64,000 nucleotides of DNA, taken from assembly GCA_049426725.1 (NCBI GenBank), contig JBMSYN010000012.1, forward strand, positions 2,139 to 66,138, written 5' to 3'. Position 1 is the stretch's first letter; each line of letters starts with the position of its first letter. Origin of the DNA: Candidatus Kapaibacteriota bacterium (GTDB taxonomy: Bacteria > Bacteroidota > Ignavibacteria > Kapaibacteriales > UBA961). A model generated the notes under the pieces. It saw only the letters and a list, made by a program, of their open reading frames with translations. It did no database searches and was not told the origin of the DNA. Position numbers and translations under genes: made by a program. Shown piece after piece: positions 19,997 to 30,517 of the stretch.

Positions 19997-21520
19997 TTAT
20001 TGTGACAATACATTCGCGTAAAATTGTTCGATGTCTTTTGTGAATTGAATCAAAGACTCTTTTTCGATATACATCATGTGTCCTGATCGATAATATTTCA
20101 TGGAAATATTCTTCCGTAATTCAGGCTCAAGTGACAAATGATTGATGGTATATTCTGAAGCAAAAAATGGTGTGGCTAAATCATACCAGCCATTGCCGAC
20201 ATAGACTTTTAAAAATCTGTTTTTGTTCATTGCTTTTCTCAGTGCTTCTCCTACATAAGGAAATCCTCTTTCTGCACTTCCCCAATTCCATGGCTGGACT
20301 TTACCTGTAAGAATTTCATAAGGCAAATCACTTTCAAAGCCAAGATTTGCACGCAGATAATGATTGACTGTCGAGGTGAAAGGACCATATATCACTGCAT
20401 TATAACTTGGATCATATTCGAAATTCTCGCCTGCGGCATCTCTGTCTGTTCCGGTGAAACGGCTATCCAAACGTCCAACTGTTTTTCTTTGATCGCGCAG
20501 CAATTCTTTTGTGAACCTGAATATGTCGGGTCTATTGTTTGTGGACGCTATGAATTCTTTCGACAAACCTGTATATCTACTCAATCGTTCAGAAATTGCA
20601 TTATGTTCTGCTTCAGTTGCCACATGACCTTTTGCGAGATACATCAAATATTCAGTCAATGACCAATCGCGAATCTCTTGCAATGTCTTTTCTTGATCGG
20701 CTCGCATAGTTGCATCAAGCTTTCCATGATACATCGCAGTTGCCGCATAGGTTGGTAGAAATAGAGCGCATGGTAGATCATTCGATGCACTAAAGCGCAA
20801 TGTTTGAAAATCCAATACCATCGAGATGAGCAATATTCCATTGACATACATGCCATGTCGATCCGCCAAATGATCTGCCAAATATGCGGCTCTCGTGGTA
20901 CCATAACTTTCGCCTGCAAGAAACTTGGGTGAAAGCCAACGTTTGTTTTGCGTTGTATATAAACGCACGAATGTTCCAACGGATGTCACATCCTCATCAA
21001 GACCATGAAATTGCTCTTTCTTTTCATCTTTTGCAGGACGACTATATCCTGTTCCAACCGGATCAATAAATACAAGATCTGTGAATTCGAGCCATGAAAA
21101 TTCATTGTCAATCATCGTGCCGGGTGGCTTCGTCATGTCTCCTTTGTCTGTCATCACAACTCTCTTCGGTCCAAGCGCACCCATATGCAACCACACCGAA
21201 GATGAACCAGGACCGCCATTGAAAGCAAATGTGATTGGTCTTTTTTCTGTTGCTCCATCAGTGCGCACATATGCAACATAAAACATCGTTGCTTTTACTA
21301 CTCCATTGTCATCGGTGATATTCATATACCCGGTAGTTGCAGTATAGGAAATAGACTTCCCTTTTATGCTTACTGTTCCTTTAGTAATGATAGGTGTTTG
21401 AGAATATTCTGTTGGAACCGACTTTTCAGGTTGAGTTTTTTTCTCATTTTGAGCTTCAGCATCAGCCATGGTACATAATCCAAGTAAGAAACAAATTGTA
21501 AGTAAGCGAAGGATCATCAT
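19997..21520 (-). CDS. Secreted serine carboxypeptidase (S10)
   Basis: FNGGPGSSS, IDPVGTGYS, GESYG nucleophile and GHM. Confidence 0.9.
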   Translation of the reverse strand: MMILRLLTICFLLGLCTMADAEAQNEKKTQPEKSVPTEYSQTPIITKGTVSIKGKSISYTATTGYMNITDDNGVVKATMFYVAYVRTDGATEKRPITFAFNGGPGSSSVWLHMGALGPKRVVMTDKGDMTKPPGTMIDNEFSWLEFTDLVFIDPVGTGYSRPAKDEKKEQFHGLDEDVTSVGTFVRLYTTQNKRWLSPKFLAGESYGTTRAAYLADHLADRHGMYVNGILLISMVLDFQTLRFSASNDLPCALFLPTYAATAMYHGKLDATMRADQEKTLQEIRDWSLTEYLMYLAKGHVATEAEHNAISERLSRYTGLSKEFIASTNNRPDIFRFTKELLRDQRKTVGRLDSRFTGTDRDAAGENFEYDPSYNAVIYGPFTSTVNHYLRANLGFESDLPYEILTGKVQPWNWGSAERGFPYVGEALRKAMNKNRFLKVYVGNGWYDLATPFFASEYTINHLSLEPELRKNISMKYYRSGHMMYIEKESLIQFTKDIEQFYANVLSQ

Positions 21521-21542
21521 ATCCTCGATGAAATTGAATGGT

Positions 21543-22319
21543 TTATTGTTCTCTATACACTGTTGTTGTATTTGCTTGTGCAGTTGGAAGAATCAAGACA
21601 TCTCCCATCGTGACATGTGATGGCCTATTGACAGCAAACAGAATGATCTCTGCAATATCATCTGCAGTGAGTGGTTGCATTCCTTTATACACTTGTTTTG
21701 CTCTCTCTTCATCACCATGAAAACGTACGAGAGAAAATTCTGTCTCAACCATTCCTGGATCAATGTTCATGACACGAATATTATTTCCATTCACATCAAT
21801 GCGCATTGCTTCAGAAAGAGTTCTGGCAGCTGACTTTGTGGCACAATACACATTTCCGGAAGGATATGTCTCCCTGCCTGCTATGGATGCGATATTTACC
21901 ACATTTCCCTTTTTTCTTTCAATCATTCCCGGGAGAATTGTTCTTGATACATACAGCAAACCTTTGATATTTGTATCAATCATCTCTTCCCAATTTTGGA
22001 TGATTCCATCTTGAATCTTTTCCAGTCCACGAGATAATCCTGCATTATTGATGAGTGTATCAATATGCTTCCATTCTTCGGGCATATTCAATAACTGTTG
22101 TTCAACGGATGCTCTATCCCGAACATCACAAACAATCGTCAAAATCTTAATGTCGGGATATTGTGCATGCAATTCTGTTTTGAATTTTTCTAAAGCTTCA
22201 CTTCTTCTTGCAAGTAAAATCAAATGAGAACCGGCAGCAGCGAAATGTCTTGCGCATGCTTCACCAATTCCGCTTGAAGCACCTGTGATGAGCGTTATTG
22301 TATGTTGTATTCTATTCAT
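21543..22319 (-). CDS. SDR oxidoreductase (YdfG-like)
   Basis: TGASSGIG, NNAG, YCATK and PGMVETEFS. Confidence 0.9.
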   Translation of the reverse strand: MNRIQHTITLITGASSGIGEACARHFAAAGSHLILLARRSEALEKFKTELHAQYPDIKILTIVCDVRDRASVEQQLLNMPEEWKHIDTLINNAGLSRGLEKIQDGIIQNWEEMIDTNIKGLLYVSRTILPGMIERKKGNVVNIASIAGRETYPSGNVYCATKSAARTLSEAMRIDVNGNNIRVMNIDPGMVETEFSLVRFHGDEERAKQVYKGMQPLTADDIAEIILFAVNRPSHVTMGDVLILPTAQANTTTVYREQ

Positions 22320-22800
22320 GTTTGCCAATGAATTGTTGCATGGATTCTTCAGTCAAACGAAAGGGATACCATTCTTTCATGTGAACTGCGCCGATGCTTT
22401 TATAAAATTCTTGCGCTGTCGTATTCCAGTCCAGCACAACCCATTCCATTCTTCCGCAACCTTCATCCAAAGCTTTTTCTACTAGCTTCTTCATAATCTG
22501 TTTTCCAATACCTTGATTCCGGAATTGTGGTTGAATATATATGTCTTCCAAATACAATGTTGGCTTCGCCAAAAAACTAGAATACGATCTGAAGGTAATC
22601 ACATAGCCACAAGCCACATGTTCCAAGCGAATAATATATGCCTGAATCATTGGATGTTCACCCGTACAATCACGGAAAAGTCGAGTTTTGGCTTCCTGAT
22701 TTGGACGTGGAAGTTCTTCATAATCAGCCAATTCTTCAATCAAAGCGAAGAATGTCTCAAATTCGGCATTTGAAACAGGAATCAAGGAAGGAATGACCAT
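22312..22800 (-). CDS. GNAT N-acetyltransferase (SSAT-like)
   Basis: ELADYE, LYLEDIYI, RNQGIG and VLDWN..A..FY. Confidence 0.85.
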   Translation of the reverse strand: MVIPSLIPVSNAEFETFFALIEELADYEELPRPNQEAKTRLFRDCTGEHPMIQAYIIRLEHVACGYVITFRSYSSFLAKPTLYLEDIYIQPQFRNQGIGKQIMKKLVEKALDEGCGRMEWVVLDWNTTAQEFYKSIGAVHMKEWYPFRLTEESMQQFIGKHE

Positions 22801-22827
22801 TTTAGAGTGAAGAGTGAGAAAAAATAT

Positions 22828-22859
22828 TTTGTCGAATATAATCAAATCAAGTATTTTTG
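22828..22859 (+). promoter_or_regulatory. Bacteroidota-type promoter for tRNA-Asn
   Basis: TTTG (22828-22831), 20-nt spacer, TATTTTTG (22852-22859). Confidence 0.6.
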
Positions 22860-22872
22860 TCGTCCATCGAGT

Positions 22873-22946
22873 TCCGACTTAGCTCAGCTGGTTAGAGCAT
22901 CTGACTGTTAATCAGAGGGTCCGCGGTTCAAGTCCGCGAGTCGGAG
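22873..22946 (+). tRNA. tRNA-Asn (GTT), CCA not encoded
   Basis: Acceptor stem TCCGACT/AGTCGGA, D-arm AGCTCAGCTGGTTAGAGC, anticodon arm TCTGA-CTGTTAA-TCAGA, T-loop GGTTCAAGTCC. Confidence 0.97.
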
Positions 22947-22953
22947 CACCTTC

Positions 22954-22980
22954 AAGGCCACTTTCCAGTGGCCTTTTTTT
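22954..22980 (+). terminator. Rho-independent terminator after tRNA
   Basis: AAGGCCACT/AGTGGCCTT stem followed by a T-run. Confidence 0.85.
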
Positions 22981-23042
22981 ATTCCCTCCAAAGAATTGGT
23001 TTTTCGTAAGTTGTTGCATATTCACAATGTACGAAGCATCCC

Positions 23043-23696
23043 ATGTGTTTTTCCGCAACAGCCAGTTTTGGTGCATCCGGTGTTATTGGCGCTATAGGAG
23101 TGGGTACAATCCGCAAAGCCAATCCCGCAGATAAGTTATTTGCCTTCATTCCTTTGATGTTTGCGACACAACAAATATTCGAGGGCATTATTTGGCTCGG
23201 CTTTGCCATGCCGCAATTCGAAGGATTGCGAACAGTAGCGACAATGGTCTTTTTACTATTCGCATGGGCTATCTGGCCAGCATATATTCCATTTGCAATT
23301 GCTTCATTGGAAACTGACTCAAAAAGAAAGGGAATTCTGAATTCTCTAAAAATACCGGGCATGATTGCAGGCATCGGAGCCATCATTCCAATTTTTATTG
23401 GTGGACCTCAGCCGCATATCATGGATTTTCACATTGATTATACATTACAAAGCAATATCCCAAATGATACAATCCTGATGGCATATAATGTCATGTATCT
23501 ACTCTGCACAATTGTACCAATGCTTATTTCTTCACGGAAAGGCATGACGGCTTATGGTTTGGCAAATCTTATCGGACTCATCATTGCAGGAATCTTTTAT
23601 CAAAGTTCGGTACCCAGCACATGGTGTTTTTTCTCAGCGATATTCAGTATCATGATTTTTCGCATCATCAAATATTCACCGGTGCTTGAACAATGA
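23043..23696 (+). CDS. DUF6629-like multi-pass membrane protein
   Basis: MCFSATASF start, QQIFEG and STWCFFSA; about 7 TMs. Confidence 0.65.
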   Translation: MCFSATASFGASGVIGAIGVGTIRKANPADKLFAFIPLMFATQQIFEGIIWLGFAMPQFEGLRTVATMVFLLFAWAIWPAYIPFAIASLETDSKRKGILNSLKIPGMIAGIGAIIPIFIGGPQPHIMDFHIDYTLQSNIPNDTILMAYNVMYLLCTIVPMLISSRKGMTAYGLANLIGLIIAGIFYQSSVPSTWCFFSAIFSIMIFRIIKYSPVLEQ

Positions 23697-25030
23697 AGCA
23701 TGCCTTGATAGTACTCATCATTCTTTTTGTTGCTGCTTGTAAAGAGCAGTCTACTCTCACACCAATTCAACCAAGTGATCCTCCATCTTGGAATGGTCAT
23801 CCCGAACTTGATGATATGGTGATGTATGAAGTCAATCTTCGTGCATTTAGCAATGATGGAAGCATCAATGGATTGATTGCAAGACTCGACTCGGTGAAAT
23901 CTCTAGGTGTGAATATGATTTGGGTGATGCCTCCATATCCGGTCGGGATATTGAAAGGAATCAATTCACCGTATTGTATAAAAGACTATACTTCTATTGG
24001 GGTTGAATATGGAACAATCAATGATTTCAAAAGACTGGTTGATTCAGCTCATGCAAAAGGCATGGGAATCATTCTTGATTGGGTTGCGAATCATACATCC
24101 TGGGATCATCCTTGGACAAAGATTCCAGGTTTTCACACAGTGAATTCTTCGGGTGCAATCATTCATCCTCCCGGTACAAATTGGACTGATGTTGCAGACT
24201 TAAATTTCGGAAATCCAAATTTGCGTGATTCAATGATTGCCGCTATGAAATGGTGGATTAAAGAATGCGATATTGATGGTTTTCGATGCGACTATGCAGA
24301 TGGAGTTCCCGCAGATTTTTGGTCACAAGCCATAAGACATCTCGATTCTACTTCAAGAAAATCTCTCTTATTCCTCGCAGAAGGAACCCGTGGAGATCAT
24401 TTCTCTTCAGGTTTTGATTTGATCTTTTCATGGAATTATTATTCTGCATTGAAAAGCACATTTTCAGGAGGAAGTGCAACATCTCTGATATCAACTCATG
24501 TATCTGAATATAATTCCGTACCAACTGGAAAACATCGTTTGCGCTTTACCACAAATCATGATGAATCCGCATGGGATAATTCGCCAATTGTATTATTCAA
24601 AGGAATGCAAGGCGCTTTGTCTGCATCGGTGATAACAATTTTTCTTGAAGGTGTGCCTTTATTTTATTCCGGACAAGAAATTGGTAGATCAAGCAAAACG
24701 CCATTCTTCACTCGTTCTCCAATCAATTGGAGTGAGAATCCCGCAATGCTGAAAGCGTATCAAGAGATGATAGGGATTTATAAGAAACATGAAGTGGCAA
24801 GAAAAGGAATGCTCGAACCATATCAATATCAACATGCAGTATGCTTCAAAAAAACATATCAGGGAAAAGAAATGCTGGTCTTGGCAAATGTGAGAAATCA
24901 ACAAACTATTGTTTCATTACCCGTGATTTTACAAAACACTGCATGGAATGATGCGCTAAAGCACATACCTGATACGCTTAAAAATTCAGTAACTCTTGCA
25001 CCTTATGAATATCGCATTTTCCTGAATTAA
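23693..25030 (+). CDS. GH13 alpha-amylase-family lipoprotein
   Basis: Lipobox VAAC; DWVANH, DGFRCDYA, LAE and NHD catalytic motifs. Confidence 0.9.
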   Translation: MKHALIVLIILFVAACKEQSTLTPIQPSDPPSWNGHPELDDMVMYEVNLRAFSNDGSINGLIARLDSVKSLGVNMIWVMPPYPVGILKGINSPYCIKDYTSIGVEYGTINDFKRLVDSAHAKGMGIILDWVANHTSWDHPWTKIPGFHTVNSSGAIIHPPGTNWTDVADLNFGNPNLRDSMIAAMKWWIKECDIDGFRCDYADGVPADFWSQAIRHLDSTSRKSLLFLAEGTRGDHFSSGFDLIFSWNYYSALKSTFSGGSATSLISTHVSEYNSVPTGKHRLRFTTNHDESAWDNSPIVLFKGMQGALSASVITIFLEGVPLFYSGQEIGRSSKTPFFTRSPINWSENPAMLKAYQEMIGIYKKHEVARKGMLEPYQYQHAVCFKKTYQGKEMLVLANVRNQQTIVSLPVILQNTAWNDALKHIPDTLKNSVTLAPYEYRIFLN

Positions 25031-26643
25031 ATTGGAATTTCGCGGACTGCAATTTCTTTTATGCGATATCTTTCATCTAGAGATTTAATGAATCTTCTGC
25101 TCATAAATGTCATCAGCCAAGTTCCCTTCTCATTTTGAATCGCAAATGCCCCGTATATGTCTTTGAATTGCGCTTCTTTGTGAATCTCATGAAATATGTT
25201 TGCATTGAACTGATGAATTTCCAATGAATTCGGCTCATTATCTGAAAACCCTCCACCCATCCAAAAGAGATCAGGTTGTTGATCATAAAATACACTAGGC
25301 ACGAAGGAAGCATGATTCTTCATGATACCAGGTCGCTTGATTGATTCCGCATGTGCCATTTCAACATTGTTCAAACCGAGAAGGTCTATCGTTTTACCTT
25401 TATAAACATATGCCATTCCACCGGCAGTCAATACACCCTGAACAGGTAATTCATTCTCTTGAAAAAATGCATTCAATTGTTGTGATTGCAATCTTCCTTC
25501 CATCGCTATCGACCATTCATGTATAAGTGGTGTTTGCGTAACTGCATAGATGACCCAGCGGGATGAGAACATTGCAATAATCACAATCCCAATCATGATA
25601 GATCTATGGAATGTCCATTGTGAGAGAATGAATATTCCGCCCATTAGTAATAGGGGAATTCCGGATTGAAAAAATCTTGACAATTGAAAATGATCTCCAC
25701 CTGTGAGAAGTGGGATGATGAACAATATTTTTGTAAATATCACTATTGTCCATTGCATTGAGGATATAGTTGAAACCGATGTTTTCAGTAGTTTTTGCAA
25801 GACATCATACGCAATCATTATCATGACAATCGCCATGATGGGGATTTGAATGAAGAGTTTTGCAATGTATTTCAATCCTACAAATGCATTTGAAAAGATG
25901 TCTGAAGACACTTTTGCATAATAGGTATTAGGAAGAGGAAAACCGAAATAGTTCATTCTCCATACAATCAAAGCAATCAATGAGATTGAAATCATGAAGA
26001 ATGGTATGCTTGTCTGATACTGAATTGTTTGTCTTAAACGATATTGCATTATCACATAAAGCATGCATGCCACATATCCCCAAAGCATTGCTTCCGGCCT
26101 GCACAAAATCAACAGTGAACCAAGAATTCCAATTATCCAAGGTGATGAATCTTCAATGATTGATAAGAATAGCAAACTTAGCAATGTGGTCCACAATCCG
26201 GTTTCGAGGAGCGATAGCACATTCCATTCGATGAATCCCGGTGTGCAAGCAAGAAGTGATAGAAAGAGTGCGGATTTCCATGAAATGTGTTGCTTACCAT
26301 CAATGAACTTCCATATTCTTGAAATTACATATGAGATCAATACAATGTTCACAATGAGAAGACTCATTTCCAATGGAAGATTCATTGCATGGAAACCCGC
26401 ACCAATCATCGTCCACAGAAGTGAAGTAAAACCTTCAACATGTTCCCCACCAATAGTATACACAAAACCATGTCCTTCAGCAATATGCTTCATGTACACA
26501 AAGTAAATATTGGCATCATCCACACCAATCAATGATCTACCATTTGCATTCCATGCGATGATGGTGCCAATGATGACGATGGAGAATGAAAGAATGAATC
26601 TATAGACTCTTTTGGGCACTGTATGCTCAATCGTTTTTGTCAA
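25027..26643 (-). CDS. GT-C-like integral membrane glycosyltransferase (AftB-like)
   Basis: DDANI, GEHVEGFTS, RPEA and PLPNTYYAK; many TMs. Confidence 0.65.
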   Translation of the reverse strand: MTKTIEHTVPKRVYRFILSFSIVIIGTIIAWNANGRSLIGVDDANIYFVYMKHIAEGHGFVYTIGGEHVEGFTSLLWTMIGAGFHAMNLPLEMSLLIVNIVLISYVISRIWKFIDGKQHISWKSALFLSLLACTPGFIEWNVLSLLETGLWTTLLSLLFLSIIEDSSPWIIGILGSLLILCRPEAMLWGYVACMLYVIMQYRLRQTIQYQTSIPFFMISISLIALIVWRMNYFGFPLPNTYYAKVSSDIFSNAFVGLKYIAKLFIQIPIMAIVMIMIAYDVLQKLLKTSVSTISSMQWTIVIFTKILFIIPLLTGGDHFQLSRFFQSGIPLLLMGGIFILSQWTFHRSIMIGIVIIAMFSSRWVIYAVTQTPLIHEWSIAMEGRLQSQQLNAFFQENELPVQGVLTAGGMAYVYKGKTIDLLGLNNVEMAHAESIKRPGIMKNHASFVPSVFYDQQPDLFWMGGGFSDNEPNSLEIHQFNANIFHEIHKEAQFKDIYGAFAIQNEKGTWLMTFMSRRFIKSLDERYRIKEIAVREIPI

Positions 26644-27016
26644 GAGAATATGCTCCGGGACCGGTCAGCATTATCATCAAGAAAGACAAAAAATACATGA
26701 GGGCCAATTCTTTCTCACCGAGTGGATCGGCTCCATGTACGATGAACGCTGCGACGCCCATAGTGAATGTCACAAAAAAAGCAGCATATCTGGTTTGATA
26801 TCCCACAATAATGAGGAGCGGAGCAAACAGTTCACCAATGACAGCAAGTGCGAGTGAAATTTCGGGTCCCATGCCCATGAAGTCATAAAACTTAATTTCT
26901 CCGCCTGCGGTCAATTTCATGAGTTTGGCCCAACCATGAGTGATCATCAAGAGAGAAGCACAAATACGAAATATCGGTAGACCGAGATGTGAATAGCGAT
27001 TCAAAATGGAATCCAT
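26627..27016 (-). CDS. DoxX-family membrane protein
   Basis: HGWAKL, GE...G..TR and GPGAYSLD. Confidence 0.85.
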   Translation of the reverse strand: MDSILNRYSHLGLPIFRICASLLMITHGWAKLMKLTAGGEIKFYDFMGMGPEISLALAVIGELFAPLLIIVGYQTRYAAFFVTFTMGVAAFIVHGADPLGEKELALMYFLSFLMIMLTGPGAYSLDKND

Positions 27017-27033
27017 ATACTTTCCTGTAGAAT

Positions 27034-27672
27034 TTAGAACCAAGGATTATTCGTAAAAATAGCAATCTGCAATTGATTCTGTGTCGTCTGTGAAGTGATT
27101 TGTGACATATATCCCAATTCGGTGCGAATATATGGTGACCATTGATATCCAACTGCTCCATAGATTCGATCTCTGTCGAATGCGCTACCGGACATATTCA
27201 TGAAAATCTCATTGAATGCAGAAGCATAGACTGCCCCTGTATTCATTACATTCATATTCAAGGGAAAGGTGGCACCAAGAAAATATCGCAACCGTACTGT
27301 CATGTCTTTCTCTTCCACAAAACGTTCTTCAAGTCGCACTCTTTGTTGAATTCCCAATGAGGAATATGTATGTCTATGAATGCCTTGTTGAAAGATGCGA
27401 TGTTCATACAATGAAGATTCTTCCGTATCAGCAATGATATATGCATATCCAAGCAACACCTGAGATTGATTACTCAATGAATAATTCAATCCTGTGCGTA
27501 TAATCAATTGAGTAAAGTCCCCAAATACCTTTTGATCTCGATATTGTATTTCATTCCAAATGGAATACTTCTCAGAAATAGGGTTATTTCCGATATACAT
27601 CATCCAATTGCCGATGGATTCAGCTTTGACGAGCATGGGAATGCAAGACAGCATGAAGAATACAATTCTCAT
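27034..27672 (-). CDS. DUF2490-like outer-membrane beta-barrel
   Basis: EIQYR, EHRIFQQ, RLEERF, NEIF and ELGY pattern. Confidence 0.75.
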   Translation of the reverse strand: MRIVFFMLSCIPMLVKAESIGNWMMYIGNNPISEKYSIWNEIQYRDQKVFGDFTQLIIRTGLNYSLSNQSQVLLGYAYIIADTEESSLYEHRIFQQGIHRHTYSSLGIQQRVRLEERFVEEKDMTVRLRYFLGATFPLNMNVMNTGAVYASAFNEIFMNMSGSAFDRDRIYGAVGYQWSPYIRTELGYMSQITSQTTQNQLQIAIFTNNPWF

Positions 27673-28763
27673 TTTTTAAGGATCTTTCTTGTATCATCAA
27701 AAAACACTTTCGCTTTCTTTGCTTCACCTACTGGAAGAATAGAGATTTTGGATTCAGGTATAATATAGAATCCATGAATACCTTTCACTTCTTTTGATGA
27801 TCCTTTCCACACCCAAAAAGGAATATCTTCAAAACCAACTATGCGTGGTTTTCCATTCACTTGTTTTATTGTTAGATGAATAAGTATTCCTCCATCTTTA
27901 TACCTGTCGCGCATATTTGCAACAACATTGCCAAGACTATATGCAACAGGAATGGAATCAGTTTTGGTTTTGATGTATTTGTTTGGTTGTACAACATGCG
28001 GATGCATTCCAATGATGGCATCAACACCTTTGGATACAAGAAACTCAGCAGTTTTTACTTGTGATGGATGTTCATACGTTTGATATTCAACGCCCCAATG
28101 AATGACGGGGATCACGATTTGCGCTCCAAGCGAACGGGCTTTATTGATATCTTTTTCCATTTGTGCATGATCAATCAGATTCACCACATTTGGTTTTGGA
28201 ACAGGTATTCCATTGGTTCCATAGGTATAACTTAGGATGGCAATTTTTACCCCTTTGATTTCTTGAATCAGCGGAGTGAAAGAATCCCGTTCTTTGTCTG
28301 TGCGAAATGATCCCGTATGTGCAATCTTAAGTGAGTCCAATACAGACAACGTTCTTTCCAAACCTTTTCTTCCTTTGTCAACAGTGTGATTATTAGCCGT
28401 GACAAGAATATCAAAACCCACTTTTTTTAAATCTTCAGCAAAAGAATCAGGTGCTGAGAACATCGGATATCCAGAATAGGGTTCACCGCCCAGTGGAGTT
28501 TCAAGATTTGCAATTGCTAGATCAGCAGACGCGATGGTATCTTTCAAAAATTGAAACCAATGCTCATATTCATGTCTTTTTGTTTGTGGGTTATAAGCCG
28601 CTTTCACCATCGGCATATGTGACATCATATCACCGGCGAAAATCAAAGTGATGGTTGAATCCACAGACAAAGAGTCTTGTGATGTTCCAGGATTAGAATC
28701 ATCCCCTTTACATGAATGAAACATAATCATGCATAGCATGATGAGTGGCATTAATAAGCGCAT
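27669..28763 (-). CDS. CapA/PGA_cap-family metallophosphatase lipoprotein
   Basis: GD, NLET, ANNH, HWGVEY, HPHV and YSLGN; lipobox FHSC. Confidence 0.88.
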   Translation of the reverse strand: MRLLMPLIMLCMIMFHSCKGDDSNPGTSQDSLSVDSTITLIFAGDMMSHMPMVKAAYNPQTKRHEYEHWFQFLKDTIASADLAIANLETPLGGEPYSGYPMFSAPDSFAEDLKKVGFDILVTANNHTVDKGRKGLERTLSVLDSLKIAHTGSFRTDKERDSFTPLIQEIKGVKIAILSYTYGTNGIPVPKPNVVNLIDHAQMEKDINKARSLGAQIVIPVIHWGVEYQTYEHPSQVKTAEFLVSKGVDAIIGMHPHVVQPNKYIKTKTDSIPVAYSLGNVVANMRDRYKDGGILIHLTIKQVNGKPRIVGFEDIPFWVWKGSSKEVKGIHGFYIIPESKISILPVGEAKKAKVFFDDTRKILKK

Positions 28764-28780
28764 GAATGCACCCTAAATCA

Positions 28781-30010
28781 TTATTCAAAAACTTGATTGC
28801 GTAAGATGTCGTCCAGACTTTCTCTTTTTCTTATAAGTTCGGCTTTTCCATTGATTACAAACACCTCTGCCGGACGAAATCTGCTATTGTAATTACTTGA
28901 CATTGTCATTCCATAAGCACCGGCATTGTTAAATGCGAGGATATCACCCTCTCGCACTTCATTCAATTTCCTATCCCAGCCGAAAGTATCTGTTTCGCAG
29001 ATATACCCAACAACGGTATAGAGGCGTAATGGGGCATCAGGATTGCTTACATTCGTGATATGATGATACCCATTATAGAGCATGGGTCGAATCAAATGAT
29101 TGAGTCCGCTATCAACACCTGCAAACATGGCAGAAGTGGTTTGTTTCAAGACATTTACCTTGACCAAAAATGTACCTGCTTCACTCACCAGAAATTTTCC
29201 GGGTTCAAACCATAATTCCAATTCTCTTCCATATTCATCACAAAATCTTTTGAAACGTTCAGTGAGTTTTATGCCAAGCTCTTCGATATCTGTTGAATAA
29301 TCATCAGGTTTATATGGCACTTTGAAGCCACTTCCAAAATCAATGAATGATAAATCGCGGAAACTTTCGGCTTGTTCAAAGAGGATGTCTGCAGCACGAA
29401 GGAAAATGTCAACATCTACGATATCGCTTCCGGTGTGCATGTGTAATCCTATGACATTCAAATGTGTATTCTCGACAATTCTCAGGACATGCCTCATTTG
29501 ATAAATCGAAATCCCAAACTTTGAATCAATGTGTCCGGTCGAGATATTGATATTGCCACCTGCCATCACATGAGGATTGATTCTTATGCAAATAGGAACA
29601 CTATTTCCATATTTCACTCCAAATTGCTCAAGTATGGAAATATTGTCAATATTGATCATTACTCCTTCTTTCACTGCAAGGTCGATTTCTTCCATCGAGA
29701 CGCAATTTGGCGTATAGATGATTTCATGTGGAGCATATCCGGCTTTAAGTCCAAGCCAAACCTCTTGAATTGAAACAGTATCAAGGCAGGCGCCCAAATC
29801 ATGAAGATGTCTCATGACTCTGATTGAATTCAATGCTTTGCATGCATAATTTATGCGGGTCTTACATGTTGAAAATGCTTGTTTAAGGCGATTGAATTGC
29901 CTTTCCATGATGTTTCCATCATAGACATAAAGTGGTGTATCAAATCGTTCGACAAGGTCAATGACAGGAATACCACCAATGGCATATCTTCCAGCTTGAA
30001 ATTCTATCAT
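28781..30010 (-). CDS. lysA: Diaminopimelate decarboxylase
   Basis: YACKA PLP lysine, SKFGI, HTGS, EPGK, GYICETD and GAYG..MSSNYN. Confidence 0.95.
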   Translation of the reverse strand: MIEFQAGRYAIGGIPVIDLVERFDTPLYVYDGNIMERQFNRLKQAFSTCKTRINYACKALNSIRVMRHLHDLGACLDTVSIQEVWLGLKAGYAPHEIIYTPNCVSMEEIDLAVKEGVMINIDNISILEQFGVKYGNSVPICIRINPHVMAGGNINISTGHIDSKFGISIYQMRHVLRIVENTHLNVIGLHMHTGSDIVDVDIFLRAADILFEQAESFRDLSFIDFGSGFKVPYKPDDYSTDIEELGIKLTERFKRFCDEYGRELELWFEPGKFLVSEAGTFLVKVNVLKQTTSAMFAGVDSGLNHLIRPMLYNGYHHITNVSNPDAPLRLYTVVGYICETDTFGWDRKLNEVREGDILAFNNAGAYGMTMSSNYNSRFRPAEVFVINGKAELIRKRESLDDILRNQVFE

Positions 30011-30106
30011 GAGAAATCTATTTTTTGGTTGTCAGGAATAAATAATGGGTTTATTTTACACGAGTTACAAATTTCGTCAATTTTTTGGACATTTTAGGGA
30101 AAGAGC

Positions 30107-30517
30107 ATGTCATCAATCACATTAAAGTCATCATTGATCAAAGGTTTGATTGCCGGTTTGGCAAGTGCATTCATCAATAGTATTCTCTATTATGCTTTCA
30201 AAAATTTAGGTGCAATCAATGATATTGTCCAAATCAAACCCGAGACAACCCTTGGTGTTCATCATGCCATATTTTCTTCGATTGTCTCTTCAGTCATTGC
30301 GGGTTTTGTTTTTTTTGTGATTTCGCTCTTTGCTCGTGATGCCTTCCGCATCTTTCAAAGAATCTCTCTTATCCTACTCATTTTGTCATTTTTCAATCCA
30401 TTTCTTTTCATCCCCGATGTACCTGTCGGTTTTGCCATTTCACTCAATATCATGCATATTGTTGTTGCAGCCGCTGTTATTTATGTGATGAAAAAACATA
30501 TCCCCTTTCTATCATGA
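30107..30517 (+). CDS. DUF6069-like 4-TM membrane protein
   Basis: Four TMs with LSF.NP and LNIMH motifs. Confidence 0.6.
   Translation: MSSITLKSSLIKGLIAGLASAFINSILYYAFKNLGAINDIVQIKPETTLGVHHAIFSSIVSSVIAGFVFFVISLFARDAFRIFQRISLILLILSFFNPFLFIPDVPVGFAISLNIMHIVVAAAVIYVMKKHIPFLS

Noticed and set aside
22873-23042. tRNA-Asn as an integration site for a genomic island
   Set aside because: No integrase and no duplicate of the tRNA 3' end noticed in the window
27669-28763. Poly-gamma-glutamate capsule locus
   Set aside because: Only the widespread CapA-like phosphatase is present; no capB/capC
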